From assembly GCA_038046645.1 (NCBI GenBank), contig JBBSVU010000006.1, positions 138,681 to 169,095 of the forward strand: a stretch of DNA of 30,415 bases, written 5' to 3'. Of the stretch, positions 1 through 8,966 are shown piece after piece. The position numbers were made by a program, and so were the translations under genes. This stretch comes from an archaeon. GTDB taxonomy: Archaea > Iainarchaeota > Iainarchaeia > Iainarchaeales > 0-14-0-20-34-12. Positions within the stretch are counted from its first letter, which is position 1. Each line of letters starts with the position of its first letter. A model generated the notes under the pieces. It saw nothing but the letters and a program-made list of their open reading frames with translations, was not told where the DNA came from and made no database searches.

Positions 1-866
1 TCAACCAGCTCAATTTTGCTCTTGCTTGGCAGTATGTTTTCATCCATGTTCATTGTTTCATGGTATATTTGGATGATTATGTCTTCACCACTCATTCCGT
101 GCTTATACATTAGTTCATATAACATTTTGCGTGCATTTTCGAATTCTTTGTTCAATGCAAAAGCAATCATTTCTTTTATTTCCTTTGGTTTTGCCCTGCT
201 TGAGACATCGTAAATAGTATCTTCAGTTATCTTATGCCCCAATATGGCAGAACCCTGCAATACATTTATTGCCTTTCTCAAATCCCCATCAGCAACATAA
301 ACCAAAGCATCAAGCGCTTTTTCATCTATGCCCAATTTTTCAATTTTTGCTATTTCATTTATTCTTTCTTTTATTTCATGTTCCTTTAAAGGAATAAACC
401 TGAATACAACACATCTTGATTGTATTGGCTCAATTATCTTGCTTGAATAATTTGCGCTTAAAATAAAGCGGCATGTTTTAGTGTATTTTTCCATTGTTCT
501 TCTTAATGCCTGTTGTGCCTCTGATGTCAAAGCATCGGCTTCATCCAAAAATATTATCTTAAAATCAGCATTGAATGCAAGCATTCTGGCAAAATCCTTT
601 ATGGTTTTCCTTACAACATCTATCCCTCGCTCATCGCTTGCATTTAATTCCAAAAAGTTATTTTCAGCTGAAGAACCATAAAGCTCTTTTGCGAGTGCTA
701 CAGCAGATGTTGTCTTGCCGCAGCCAGCCGGGCCTGCAAATAGTAAATGCGGCACAGCCCTTGTTTTCACATAATTTCCAAGGCGTTCAACTATATGTTT
801 CTGCCCTACAATTTCATCAACTTTTTTGGGCCTGTATTTCTCAACCCAAGGCAATTCGAATTCCAT
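1..866 (-). CDS. rfcS: Replication factor C small subunit (3' end runs off the window; absent from the ORF track)
   Basis: Manual minus-strand translation from ATG at 866: MEFELPWVEKYRPKKVDEIVGQ...PHLLFAGPAGCGKTT...FLELNASDERGIDVVR. These are the RFC box II, Walker A and ELNASD motifs. Confidence 0.96.
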   Translation of the reverse strand, partial: MEFELPWVEKYRPKKVDEIVGQKHIVERLGNYVKTRAVPHLLFAGPAGCGKTTSAVALAKELYGSSAENNFLELNASDERGIDVVRKTIKDFARMLAFNADFKIIFLDEADALTSEAQQALRRTMEKYTKTCRFILSANYSSKIIEPIQSRCVVFRFIPLKEHEIKERINEIAKIEKLGIDEKALDALVYVADGDLRKAINVLQGSAILGHKITEDTIYDVSSRAKPKEIKEMIAFALNKEFENARKMLYELMYKHGMSGEDIIIQIYHETMNMDENILPSKSKIELV

Positions 867-937
867 TTTATTTCCTCGTACAATAAAAGGAATTAGGCAG
901 AATATATATAAAAAGATAGCTATCTAACTCTCATAAT

Positions 938-1510
938 ATGGCAAAGACTAAATCTAATAAGCTTAATAGGTCTAATCCCACTAAATCTAATTCAAGAACA
1001 AGGTTAATCCTGCTTCTCATATTATTCGTCTTTTCCTATGCTTTGCTATATGGATTTACCTTTTTCAGTTTTCTTTCAAATATTCCGATTCTCAATTTGA
1101 TATTTCCATTTGGGGTATGGGATTCCCCTATGTATTGGCTTTTGCCAATTGTCGGCTTTTGGTTTGTTTATTTTGGCATAACCTGGTTTAATTCGGAATT
1201 CAGCTCAGAATTTGCAAGCAAATGGATGTTCCCAGTTGTTTATTTCATTATTTCCCTCATAGCTTTTTACATAAACCTTTTTATGTATTTAGTAGGCAGC
1301 GTTTCAGGCAGGGAAATTATTGTCTGTTTATTTGATTGTGATGCAATAAGAAATTCAATTATGCAGGCAGGCAATCCGCAAAACTATATTGTGATGGATT
1401 ATTGGCCAACCCTTAAAGTTTCGGCATTTTTGGCATTTTTATTTGCAGGCATATTTGCTTGGTTAACCATCTTTATCCTGAATAAGCTTGAAGAAAAAGG
1501 TTACATTTAG
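938..1510 (+). CDS. Hypothetical multi-pass membrane protein
   Basis: 190 aa ORF with basic N-terminus and about 4 hydrophobic segments; TATA-like TATATATA about 30 nt upstream; divergent from rfcS. Confidence 0.8.
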   Translation: MAKTKSNKLNRSNPTKSNSRTRLILLLILFVFSYALLYGFTFFSFLSNIPILNLIFPFGVWDSPMYWLLPIVGFWFVYFGITWFNSEFSSEFASKWMFPVVYFIISLIAFYINLFMYLVGSVSGREIIVCLFDCDAIRNSIMQAGNPQNYIVMDYWPTLKVSAFLAFLFAGIFAWLTIFILNKLEEKGYI

Positions 1511-1544
1511 GCGAAGAAGTAAAATTGCAGTTATTCTGGTTCAA

Positions 1545-2795
1545 ATGCAAAATATTTTTGTTGAAGGCTATGGCTGTTCGCATAATCTTAGTGATACGGC
1601 AAAGATAAAATGGCTTGTTAAGGAAAACTATTCACTTGTTGAAAATCCCGAAAAAGCAGATATTATTATCTTCAATGGCTGTACAGTAAAAAAGCCTACA
1701 GAAAACCATATGCTTAATGTTCTGAAAAAAAGGCTTGCACTGAAAAATGTTAATTCATTGGTTGTTTTTGGGTGTTTGGCAAGGATTAATAAAAAAGAAT
1801 TGGATGCGATTCAGAATACGAAACTCAAGGTATTTGAAGGCTTGCCTGAACTTTGCCATTTTCTGAAATTGCCGATTATTGATTTTTCACCAGCTATGCT
1901 TGAATGCATGCAGAACAAGATTATTTCCATATTGCCAATTTCGACAGGCTGTTTGGGAAATTGCTCTTTTTGCTGCGTGAAAAAAGCAAGGGGCAATCTT
2001 AAGAGTTTTAATCCGCAGGAATTGAATGCGAAATTCAAGAATCTTGCAAAGCAAAGCAAGGAAATATGGCTGTGTTCTGAGGATACCGGCTGTTATGGCC
2101 TTGATATCAAAAGCAGCCTGCCAGAGCTTCTTGAAACTATTCTTTCAAATGAAGGAGCATACAGAATTCGCTTGGGTATGCTGAACCCGCAATGGCTTGA
2201 CCGTTATTTTGATCAGATTGCCGACTTTTATACTGATAAAAGGATGTACAAATTTTTGCACCTGCCTTTACAAAGCGGTTCTGATAAAATATTGAAATTG
2301 ATGAATCGTGCATACACTTTTGATAAATATTATTCCCTAATTAAGGAATTCAGAAAAAAGGTAAAGAACTGCACAATTTCAACAGATATTATTGTCGGAT
2401 TTCCAGGGGAAACAGAAGAGGATTTTCAAAAAACAGTAACTGCAATGCAAGTAGTAAAGCCAGATGTTCCAAATATTTCACGTTATTACAACAGGCCTTT
2501 TGCTGCTGCATCAAGTTTTAAGGATCAGGTGCAGGGAAGAGAGCTTAAAAAAAGAAGCAGGCTTTTGTTTAGCATTTGCAGGGAAATCTCTTTTGAGCAT
2601 AATAAAAAAGAAATTGGCAAAACGTACGAAATTCTGGTTAATGAAACAGGCAAGAATAATTCTTTCGTAGGGCGAACAATTTTTTATAAGCCTGTCGCTG
2701 TAAACAAAGCAGCACTTGGTGATTTTATTAATGTAAAGATAATCTCTGCAAAACCAACCCATCTTTTTGGCAGGATTTTGGATAATAACACTTAA
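1545..2795 (+). CDS. MiaB/MtaB-family radical SAM methylthiotransferase (probable tRNA t6A37 methylthiotransferase)
   Basis: N-terminal UPF0004 motifs GYGCSHN and NGCTVK, radical SAM CLGNCSFC, HLPLQSGSD, TDIIVGFPGETEEDF and a TRAM-like C-terminus. Start moved to ATG 1545 (MQNIFVE) to avoid overlap with the upstream gene. Confidence 0.92.
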   Translation: MQNIFVEGYGCSHNLSDTAKIKWLVKENYSLVENPEKADIIIFNGCTVKKPTENHMLNVLKKRLALKNVNSLVVFGCLARINKKELDAIQNTKLKVFEGLPELCHFLKLPIIDFSPAMLECMQNKIISILPISTGCLGNCSFCCVKKARGNLKSFNPQELNAKFKNLAKQSKEIWLCSEDTGCYGLDIKSSLPELLETILSNEGAYRIRLGMLNPQWLDRYFDQIADFYTDKRMYKFLHLPLQSGSDKILKLMNRAYTFDKYYSLIKEFRKKVKNCTISTDIIVGFPGETEEDFQKTVTAMQVVKPDVPNISRYYNRPFAAASSFKDQVQGRELKKRSRLLFSICREISFEHNKKEIGKTYEILVNETGKNNSFVGRTIFYKPVAVNKAALGDFINVKIISAKPTHLFGRILDNNT

Positions 2796-2879
2796 AAGTT
2801 ATTTTTTGGCCAGAACAACAGCTTTTTAATCCTTTTTTTGTTCTTATAAATATAATTTATTTTTTAACAGAGGGGGAAA

Positions 2880-3626
2880 ATGAATACTAAATTGCTTTCA
2901 GGTTCGTATCGCCTGTATAAAGAAAATTTCAAGGTAGCCTTACTTTTTTCAGTCCTTATTATCTTCGCAGCATTTTTGCCATACTTTTTTAATATGACAT
3001 TTTCCTCAGCAGCTATTTTTTGGAATTATTTTATTATATCCGATCCATTTATTTTGATTGGTGAGCTAATAACAATACTGCTTTTCCTCTTTGCCTATTC
3101 CTTCCTTCTTTGCCTGCTCGTTTTGCTGGTTGAGAGAGAACTCGGTTATTTTAATTTTGAATTTAGTTTTTACAACCTTATTGATGCCTTCGTAAAAAGA
3201 GTTTTCATGTTCTTTGTTGCATACACTCTTTTAATAGCAATAATTGGCTATGCTGCAGTTTCATTTTCTTTAGATATGACATTGGCAACAATCTTTATTT
3301 TCATAATCTCTTTGGCTGTTTTGTTTGTTCCTCAAGCATTAATTATTGAAAAAAGAAAATATGCTCATGCATTAGAAGATTCAATAAAATTTACCTTACG
3401 AAATCCTAAATTTACCTTGCTTATTTTAGTTGTTGGCTCTTTGGTTCTTGCATTAATCTTGCTTATCGAATATCTTATTGATTTGGCTACGCCTGAAATG
3501 TTCTTGGGAAGATTTTTCTCATTCCTCTTCATTTCATTCTTTTTGGTGCCCTTTATGGAGATATTGAAAACATATTCATATATGTTAAAATTCAACCTTA
3601 TCCATGGCCCAGAAAGGATAGAATAA
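2880..3626 (+). CDS. Hypothetical polytopic membrane protein (~6 TM)
   Basis: 248 aa, strongly hydrophobic; SD-like GAGGGGG upstream. Confidence 0.8.
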   Translation: MNTKLLSGSYRLYKENFKVALLFSVLIIFAAFLPYFFNMTFSSAAIFWNYFIISDPFILIGELITILLFLFAYSFLLCLLVLLVERELGYFNFEFSFYNLIDAFVKRVFMFFVAYTLLIAIIGYAAVSFSLDMTLATIFIFIISLAVLFVPQALIIEKRKYAHALEDSIKFTLRNPKFTLLILVVGSLVLALILLIEYLIDLATPEMFLGRFFSFLFISFFLVPFMEILKTYSYMLKFNLIHGPERIE

Positions 3627-3654
3627 ATCAGATAACCTGCCACAGTTCGGATAG

Positions 3655-3668
3655 CAAACTTTTTATAT
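3655..3668 (+). promoter_or_regulatory. Probable BRE/TATA promoter for a leaderless lrp-topA transcript
   Basis: CAAAC followed by TTTTTATAT, ending 23 nt before ATG 3692, which is typical archaeal spacing. Confidence 0.5.
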
Positions 3669-3691
3669 GTTTTTATTTAGAATAATCAAGT

Positions 3692-4165
3692 ATGCCTGTT
3701 TCTTTGGATAAAATAGATTATGAAATATTGCGCTGTTTGCTTGAGGATGGAAGGGCAAGTTATTCTTTAATTGCAAAAAGGGTAAACCTTACTGATGTTG
3801 CAATAAAGAAAAGGTTGCAGTCGCTTATGAAGCGTGGCATAATAAAATCAATTGTTCCGCAGTTAAACCTTGAGGTTCTTGGTTATGAAAATCCCATCTT
3901 TGTGCAGATAAGGTCTGATGCCTCAAAAACAAAGGATGTTTTAAAAAGGCTAGATTCTTTTGATTACATTGCTGAGGTTTACAAAACATTAGGAGAGTTC
4001 AACCTGCTTGTAAAGATTGTTCTTCCAAAATTAGGGTTAGCAGATGATTTCATCACAAAGATGGGTACAATTGACGGAATCAATGATATAAAAACCCTAG
4101 TAGTTCTTGATAAAGTTAAAAACAGCGAATGTTTGCCAGCCTCAATATTACAGAAAAAATTATAA
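3692..4165 (+). CDS. Lrp/AsnC family transcriptional regulator
   Basis: LDKIDYEILRCLLEDGRASYSLIAKRVNLT HTH, LGY linker, and RAM domain with VYKTLGEFNLLVKI. Confidence 0.93.
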   Translation: MPVSLDKIDYEILRCLLEDGRASYSLIAKRVNLTDVAIKKRLQSLMKRGIIKSIVPQLNLEVLGYENPIFVQIRSDASKTKDVLKRLDSFDYIAEVYKTLGEFNLLVKIVLPKLGLADDFITKMGTIDGINDIKTLVVLDKVKNSECLPASILQKKL

Positions 4166-4185
4166 CTGACTAATTTTTTGATAGC

Positions 4186-6312
4186 ATGATTTTAATTATA
4201 GCAGAAAAGGAGATTGCAGGCAGAAGGATAGCTCAACTTTTGTCGGATGATAAATTCCATACTGAAAAACACAGGAATAAGCCTTATTTTGTTTTTACCA
4301 AGGAATCAAAAGAGTATGTTGTGGTTCCATTAAAAGGCCACATAAAGGATGTGGATTTTCCCTCACGGTATTCTGCTTGGATAGGCACAGATTTGAAAAG
4401 CTTGATAAATGCTGAAATCCTTTATGGGCACAAAGAAGAGGATATTATTTCCCTGCTTAAGCATATCTGCCTAAATATTGATTCATTAGTTATTGCAACT
4501 GATGCAGATCGGGAAGGGGAAAGCATTGGATTAGAGGCAATTACTGTTGTGCAGGAAAAAAATAAAAGCCTAAACATAAAAAGGGCATTATTTTCTGCAA
4601 TCACCAAACAGGATTTGGATGAGGCATTTTCCTCCCTTAGCAATGTTGATTATGCATTGGCAGATTCAGCAGATGCAAGAAGGGAAATAGACCTTGTTTG
4701 GGGTGCGGTTCTGACGCGATACTTATCAATTGTTTCAAACAGGCTAGGTTCTGAATTTATTTCTGCTGGGAGAGTCCAAAGCCCTACCTTAGCATTAATT
4801 GTTGGCAAGGAGAAAGAGCGCTTGGCTTTCAAAACCCAAATGTATTGGGAAATATTTGCGGAATTTGACAAGAATGGAGAACGGTTTATTGCTACACATA
4901 AGAATGGCCGTTTTTGGGAGAAAGATAAGGCAGAAGCGGTTATGCAAAAGAAGGCTGATTTTGGCACAGTAACTGATGTAAAAAAATCTAAAAAATTATT
5001 AAAGAGGCCAGAACCTTTCAATACTACAAGTTTTTTGGCTGCTGCAACAGTTTTAGGGTTTTCAGCATCAAAGGCAATGAGCATTGCTGAAGATTTATAC
5101 CAAAGAGGATTCATCAGTTATCCCAGGACTGATAATGCCGAATATCCTGCAAGCTTAAATATTCGAAAATTATTGGAGACACTTTCCCATTATGGGCCAT
5201 TGCATAAGGACATATCCAAATTATTGTCACAAGAAATGCTAATTCCTTCAAAAGGAAAATCCTCAAAAGACCATCCCCCAATACATCCAGTGTCTGTTCC
5301 AAATGAACAATTAAGTTCGCAGCACCTTAAGATTTATGAATTGGTAACAAGGAGATTTTTGGCAACACTAGCAAAGGACGCACTTGTAGAGGTTGTTAGG
5401 GTTGATATTGACATGAATGCCGAGCCATTTGTTGCTACAGGCCAGACATTTATTGAATTAGGTTGGAAAGAATTCTACCCATACAGTGCAGCAAATGAAG
5501 TAACACTTCCTAATCTTGCACAAGGAGACCGCCTTAAATTAATTGATTTGAAATTAAGTGAATCAGAAACTAAGCCGCCTGCAAGATATTCCCAGGGTTC
5601 TTTGATAAAAGAAATGGCAGCAAGAAATTTAGGTACAAAAAGCACAAGGCACGAAATCATACAAAAATTATATTATAGAAATTATATTTCAGGCCTAAAA
5701 TCAATCATTCCAAACAAGATTGCATTCGCAGTTGTTGATTCACTTGAAAAATATGATGGTATGGTTCTAAAGTCAGAGATGACAGCTGAACTAGAAAAAG
5801 AGATGGATCTTATTGCCGCAGCGAAAAAATCAAAGCCAGAAGTAGTAACTGATTCCAGAAAAATGCTTGAAACCATATTGGACGAATTGCTGAAGAATAA
5901 GGACAAAATAGGCCAATCCCTGAAACAGGCATTGCTTGAAGACAGTAAATTAGTAAAGTGCCTTGATAGGAATTGCACAGGCATGTTAATGGTAAGGAAA
6001 GGTTATTCAGGCAAAAGATTTTTAGGATGCACAAGTTATCCAAGATGCAGGGTCACATTGCCATTGCCGCAACAGGGCGATATAGTTCCTCTGGAAGAAA
6101 GATGTGCAGTATGCGAATTCCCTGTGGTAAAAATACTTAATGGAAGGAGAAGCTTCAAGATGTGCTTGAACCCAAATTGTGCATCCAAGGAGGAATGGCG
6201 CAACAGGGCAAAGGCAAAAATGCTTGAAGCTAAAAAAACCCCAGAACCCAAAAAACCCCCAAAAAAAGAAACTAAAACAGCCAACAAACCAGATGCGAAA
6301 TCTGTTAAATAA
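4186..6312 (+). CDS. topA: DNA topoisomerase IA (archaeal TopA)
   Basis: TOPRIM motifs IIAEK and ATDADREGE, SAGRVQSPTL, catalytic ISYPRTD, LGTKSTR, C-terminal Cys zinc ribbons and Lys-rich tail. Confidence 0.97.
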   Translation: MILIIAEKEIAGRRIAQLLSDDKFHTEKHRNKPYFVFTKESKEYVVVPLKGHIKDVDFPSRYSAWIGTDLKSLINAEILYGHKEEDIISLLKHICLNIDSLVIATDADREGESIGLEAITVVQEKNKSLNIKRALFSAITKQDLDEAFSSLSNVDYALADSADARREIDLVWGAVLTRYLSIVSNRLGSEFISAGRVQSPTLALIVGKEKERLAFKTQMYWEIFAEFDKNGERFIATHKNGRFWEKDKAEAVMQKKADFGTVTDVKKSKKLLKRPEPFNTTSFLAAATVLGFSASKAMSIAEDLYQRGFISYPRTDNAEYPASLNIRKLLETLSHYGPLHKDISKLLSQEMLIPSKGKSSKDHPPIHPVSVPNEQLSSQHLKIYELVTRRFLATLAKDALVEVVRVDIDMNAEPFVATGQTFIELGWKEFYPYSAANEVTLPNLAQGDRLKLIDLKLSESETKPPARYSQGSLIKEMAARNLGTKSTRHEIIQKLYYRNYISGLKSIIPNKIAFAVVDSLEKYDGMVLKSEMTAELEKEMDLIAAAKKSKPEVVTDSRKMLETILDELLKNKDKIGQSLKQALLEDSKLVKCLDRNCTGMLMVRKGYSGKRFLGCTSYPRCRVTLPLPQQGDIVPLEERCAVCEFPVVKILNGRRSFKMCLNPNCASKEEWRNRAKAKMLEAKKTPEPKKPPKKETKTANKPDAKSVK

Positions 6313-6328
6313 AAACAAAGTGCTTACC

Positions 6329-7180
6329 ATGGATAAATCCACTAAACTTCTGCCATTATTCCCAATCCTTGTAACTTTCCTGTTTTTCTCAGCATGTTTG
6401 CAGGATCCTGTAAAACTTGAAGATAATTTTTTAAAGATAAATTCTTTCTGGAAAACCGATTCTTCAGAATCTTTGCTTGATACAATTCCTTTGAAATCCT
6501 TAGATAATGCATACAGTGTTGCCAAGATTGCTGGCATCAAACAAAACCTTTCTGATTTCAACAAATCCCTTTTGGAATTTTCTTCGAGCAATGCGGCAAT
6601 TCTTTCTTCTTGGATTAGCATAAATTTTTCCATGCTTGATTATTTGGAAAATATTATGAAATTCCAGAAAAAATCTAAATCAACGATTGCCAGCATGCCT
6701 TCTTTTGATTTAAATAGCATGTCAGAAGAAAACTGCCCTTCTTTTTTAGAATTATCTGCTAGCCTTGCTTCCTTAATCCAGCAAAGTGATTCAATCAATT
6801 CCTCTTTTGACTCTTTTTATGCCCAAAATCCAAAATTATTTAATTCGAAATCTTCTTTGATAGACAATTCTGCACTTGTTGGCTTTAAAGGCCTGCTTGA
6901 GGAAGCAAATTCAAATTTTTCAAATCTCTGCACTTTTAATTCCAAAATATTCTCTTGGGTAGAATCTTTTGGGGAAGAGAACATTTGTGACAATGTTGAT
7001 TCGCTTGAAAAACAAATAATTGAATTGGAATCAATGAAATTAATTATAAAAGATATTGTGCAGAATGAATTATTTTCTGCAGATTCAGAACTTGATTCTA
7101 CTTATTTCTCATTTGAGCAGCAAGCAGAAGAATTTGGCAAAGTATATGCTTCCTTGAAATATGCCTGTGAACCGCAATAA
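6329..7180 (+). CDS. Hypothetical lipoprotein/secreted protein
   Basis: Probable start MDKSTK at 6329, hydrophobic stretch and lipobox-like FSAC; helical, Ser-rich body. Confidence 0.7.
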   Translation: MDKSTKLLPLFPILVTFLFFSACLQDPVKLEDNFLKINSFWKTDSSESLLDTIPLKSLDNAYSVAKIAGIKQNLSDFNKSLLEFSSSNAAILSSWISINFSMLDYLENIMKFQKKSKSTIASMPSFDLNSMSEENCPSFLELSASLASLIQQSDSINSSFDSFYAQNPKLFNSKSSLIDNSALVGFKGLLEEANSNFSNLCTFNSKIFSWVESFGEENICDNVDSLEKQIIELESMKLIIKDIVQNELFSADSELDSTYFSFEQQAEEFGKVYASLKYACEPQ

Positions 7181-7244
7181 ACAATAGATTTTTTGTATTT
7201 GAGATTAAAGAAAAATATTTCTAAAAAACAAAAGATGATTAAAA

Positions 7245-7370
7245 ATTAGAAGGGAAAGGGATCAAACATCCTCAACATTGTTGAGACCATATACGCTTGG
7301 TGGGCTTATCCCTTTTCCCTTTTTTCGATTTTTTTAATTTCTATTACGGGCAGATCCCTCCTGTCCTTTT
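7245..7370 (-). ncRNA. Candidate structured non-coding RNA (strand tentative)
   Basis: GC-enriched intergenic island. Stem 7250-7262/7308-7321 encloses two hairpins; a further hairpin lies at 7348-7366. Minus-strand TTATAAAT at 7399-7392 and a T-run at 7245-7241. Confidence 0.4.
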
Positions 7371-7471
7371 TAATATGATAAGACTATTCTCATTTATAAT
7401 AACTATCTGGTTTTTAATGTACAAAAAGTATATTTAAAATGCCTTTTGGTGTACTATATTACTGATGAAAC

Positions 7472-8011
7472 ATGCCGTTTACCATGAAACCAGACGATGA
7501 GATAAGGCTTAGGATATTAGGTTCATTGCTTTCAAAAGGTGCAGTAAAACCTAACATTAAACAAATAAAGAGAGAAACAGGCTTTCACAAAAGCACTATT
7601 CTTTCAAGCCTTGCTTTTCTGGAAAAAGAAGGTATACTTGCCGGTTATGGCCCTAAGATTGATTTCAAGAAATTTGGTTATGCCTTGGAAGTTATTACCC
7701 TAGTTCAGGCAGATCTGTTTAATAAACCTGTTTTCGAAGAATTCCTAAATGAAGCAAAGAAAGATCCTTCAATATATTGGCTTTCCGAAATCTTTGGTTC
7801 AGGAACATATAACATTCTTATGCGACAGGTGCATGCTAATGTTGAATCCTATAATAAGCATATGCAACAGCAGTACTATAGCAAGGTAGGGAATATGCAC
7901 AAATTAATCTTGACTAAACAAGTATTTTTTACGACAGAACCAGTGTATAAAAATGTTTCAAGGACCAGATCTATTATTGAACTCATAAAAAAAGGCCGTG
8001 GCTTGGATTGA
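7472..8011 (+). CDS. Divergent Lrp/AsnC family transcriptional regulator
   Basis: HTH IKQIKRETGFHKSTILSSLAFLEKEGIL, GYGPKIDFKKFGY linker, RAM-like FGSGTYNILM. Confidence 0.8.
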   Translation: MPFTMKPDDEIRLRILGSLLSKGAVKPNIKQIKRETGFHKSTILSSLAFLEKEGILAGYGPKIDFKKFGYALEVITLVQADLFNKPVFEEFLNEAKKDPSIYWLSEIFGSGTYNILMRQVHANVESYNKHMQQQYYSKVGNMHKLILTKQVFFTTEPVYKNVSRTRSIIELIKKGRGLD

Positions 8012-8859
8012 TGATTATGCAAGTTGAAATTGATTTTAACAAAAGCATTGAATCAAATGCTTCTTCATATTATGATAAGGGCAAGGAGGCAAAGGCCAAG
8101 GCAGAAAGGATTCAACAGGCAATTGAAGTTATTGAATACAGATTGTCGCAGTTAGACAAACAAATAAAGCAAAAGCAGGAAATAAAGCAGGCACCAAAAA
8201 AATGGCATGAAAAATTCCATTGGTTTTTTTCAAGCAATGGCTTTTTGGTTTTAGCTGGGCGAGACATGAAATCAAATGAACTTTTAATTAAGAGGTATAT
8301 GAAACCTGATGACCTTTATTTCCATGCTGAGATACAAGGGGCAGCACACTGCATCGTAAAAACCGAAGGCAATGAGGTAGATGAAGAAACAAAGAAAGAA
8401 GCAGCTGTTTTTGCTGCAAACTTCAGCAAAGCATGGGCATCAGGCTTATCCTCAATTGATGTTTATTCAGTAAAGCCAGAGCAGGTTTCAAAACAAGCAC
8501 CTACAGGCACTTCATTATCTACAGGTGCATTTATGATTTATGGGAAAAGGGAGTGGTTCAGGAATATTTCATTAGGCATTGCAATAGGCATTGAAAAAAA
8601 AGATGACTATTATAAAGTAATCTCAGGTCCAAAAGCTGCGATAAAAAAACATTCTGCTATCTCTTTTGAAATCTTCAGGGGAGAGAAAAAAAAGAGTGAG
8701 ATAGCGCAGGAGTTAAGGGGATTATTTGAAAAAAATCTGAATCTAAGGTTAGCAACAAGCATTGATGAGATTGTTTCAATGCTGCCCGCAAGCAACCTTG
8801 AGATAGGCAAAAGGCTGGACAAGGTGTCGAATACTTCAGTGTTAACGATAAATGACTGA
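8008..8859 (+). CDS. NFACT RNA-binding (DUF814) domain protein, C-terminal part of the Rqc2/NEMF family
   Basis: SIESNASSYYDKGK coiled coil, KWHEKFHWFFSSNGFLVLAGRD..SNELL, FHAEIQGA, FSKAW, QVSKQAPTG..LSTGAFMIYGKR. ATGA overlap with the upstream gene. Confidence 0.88.
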   Translation: MMIMQVEIDFNKSIESNASSYYDKGKEAKAKAERIQQAIEVIEYRLSQLDKQIKQKQEIKQAPKKWHEKFHWFFSSNGFLVLAGRDMKSNELLIKRYMKPDDLYFHAEIQGAAHCIVKTEGNEVDEETKKEAAVFAANFSKAWASGLSSIDVYSVKPEQVSKQAPTGTSLSTGAFMIYGKREWFRNISLGIAIGIEKKDDYYKVISGPKAAIKKHSAISFEIFRGEKKKSEIAQELRGLFEKNLNLRLATSIDEIVSMLPASNLEIGKRLDKVSNTSVLTIND

Positions 8860-8966
8860 AACACATAATTTATTTGTTCGACCCTTTGTTGAATAAGCTA
8901 AGCCTTTAATAGTTTTATATTATTAATATTGTTCTGTTCAAATAGTGTTTATTTTTGGTTGGGAAA

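Noticed and set aside
16..886. Plus-strand ORFs 16-213, 481-681 and 575-886
   Set aside because: Antisense shadows of rfcS, which the ORF track missed because its stop lies outside the window.
3650..3660. ATAGCAAAC as another MITE end
   Set aside because: No matching right-hand inverted repeat; it fits better as a BRE ahead of the lrp TATA box.
6179..6328. Long overlap or frameshift fusion between topA and the next ORF
   Set aside because: The signal peptide begins at ATG 6329, after the topA stop; the upstream extension is just an open alternative frame.
7250..7321. tRNA, C/D box sRNA or known riboswitch
   Set aside because: Only two internal arms, no TTCRA T-loop, no RTGATGA/CTGA boxes and no aptamer consensus that I recognise.
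7305..7363. Minus-strand leader peptide (CTG-start PVIEIKKIEKREKG) after SD-like AGGAGG
   Set aside because: Only about 15 codons, a non-standard start very close to the SD, and the sequence is better explained by base pairing.
8877..8893. Hairpin TTCGAC-CCTTT-GTTGAA between the NFACT gene and cdc48
   Set aside because: Short and imperfect, single, and not matching either repeat family; could be chance.
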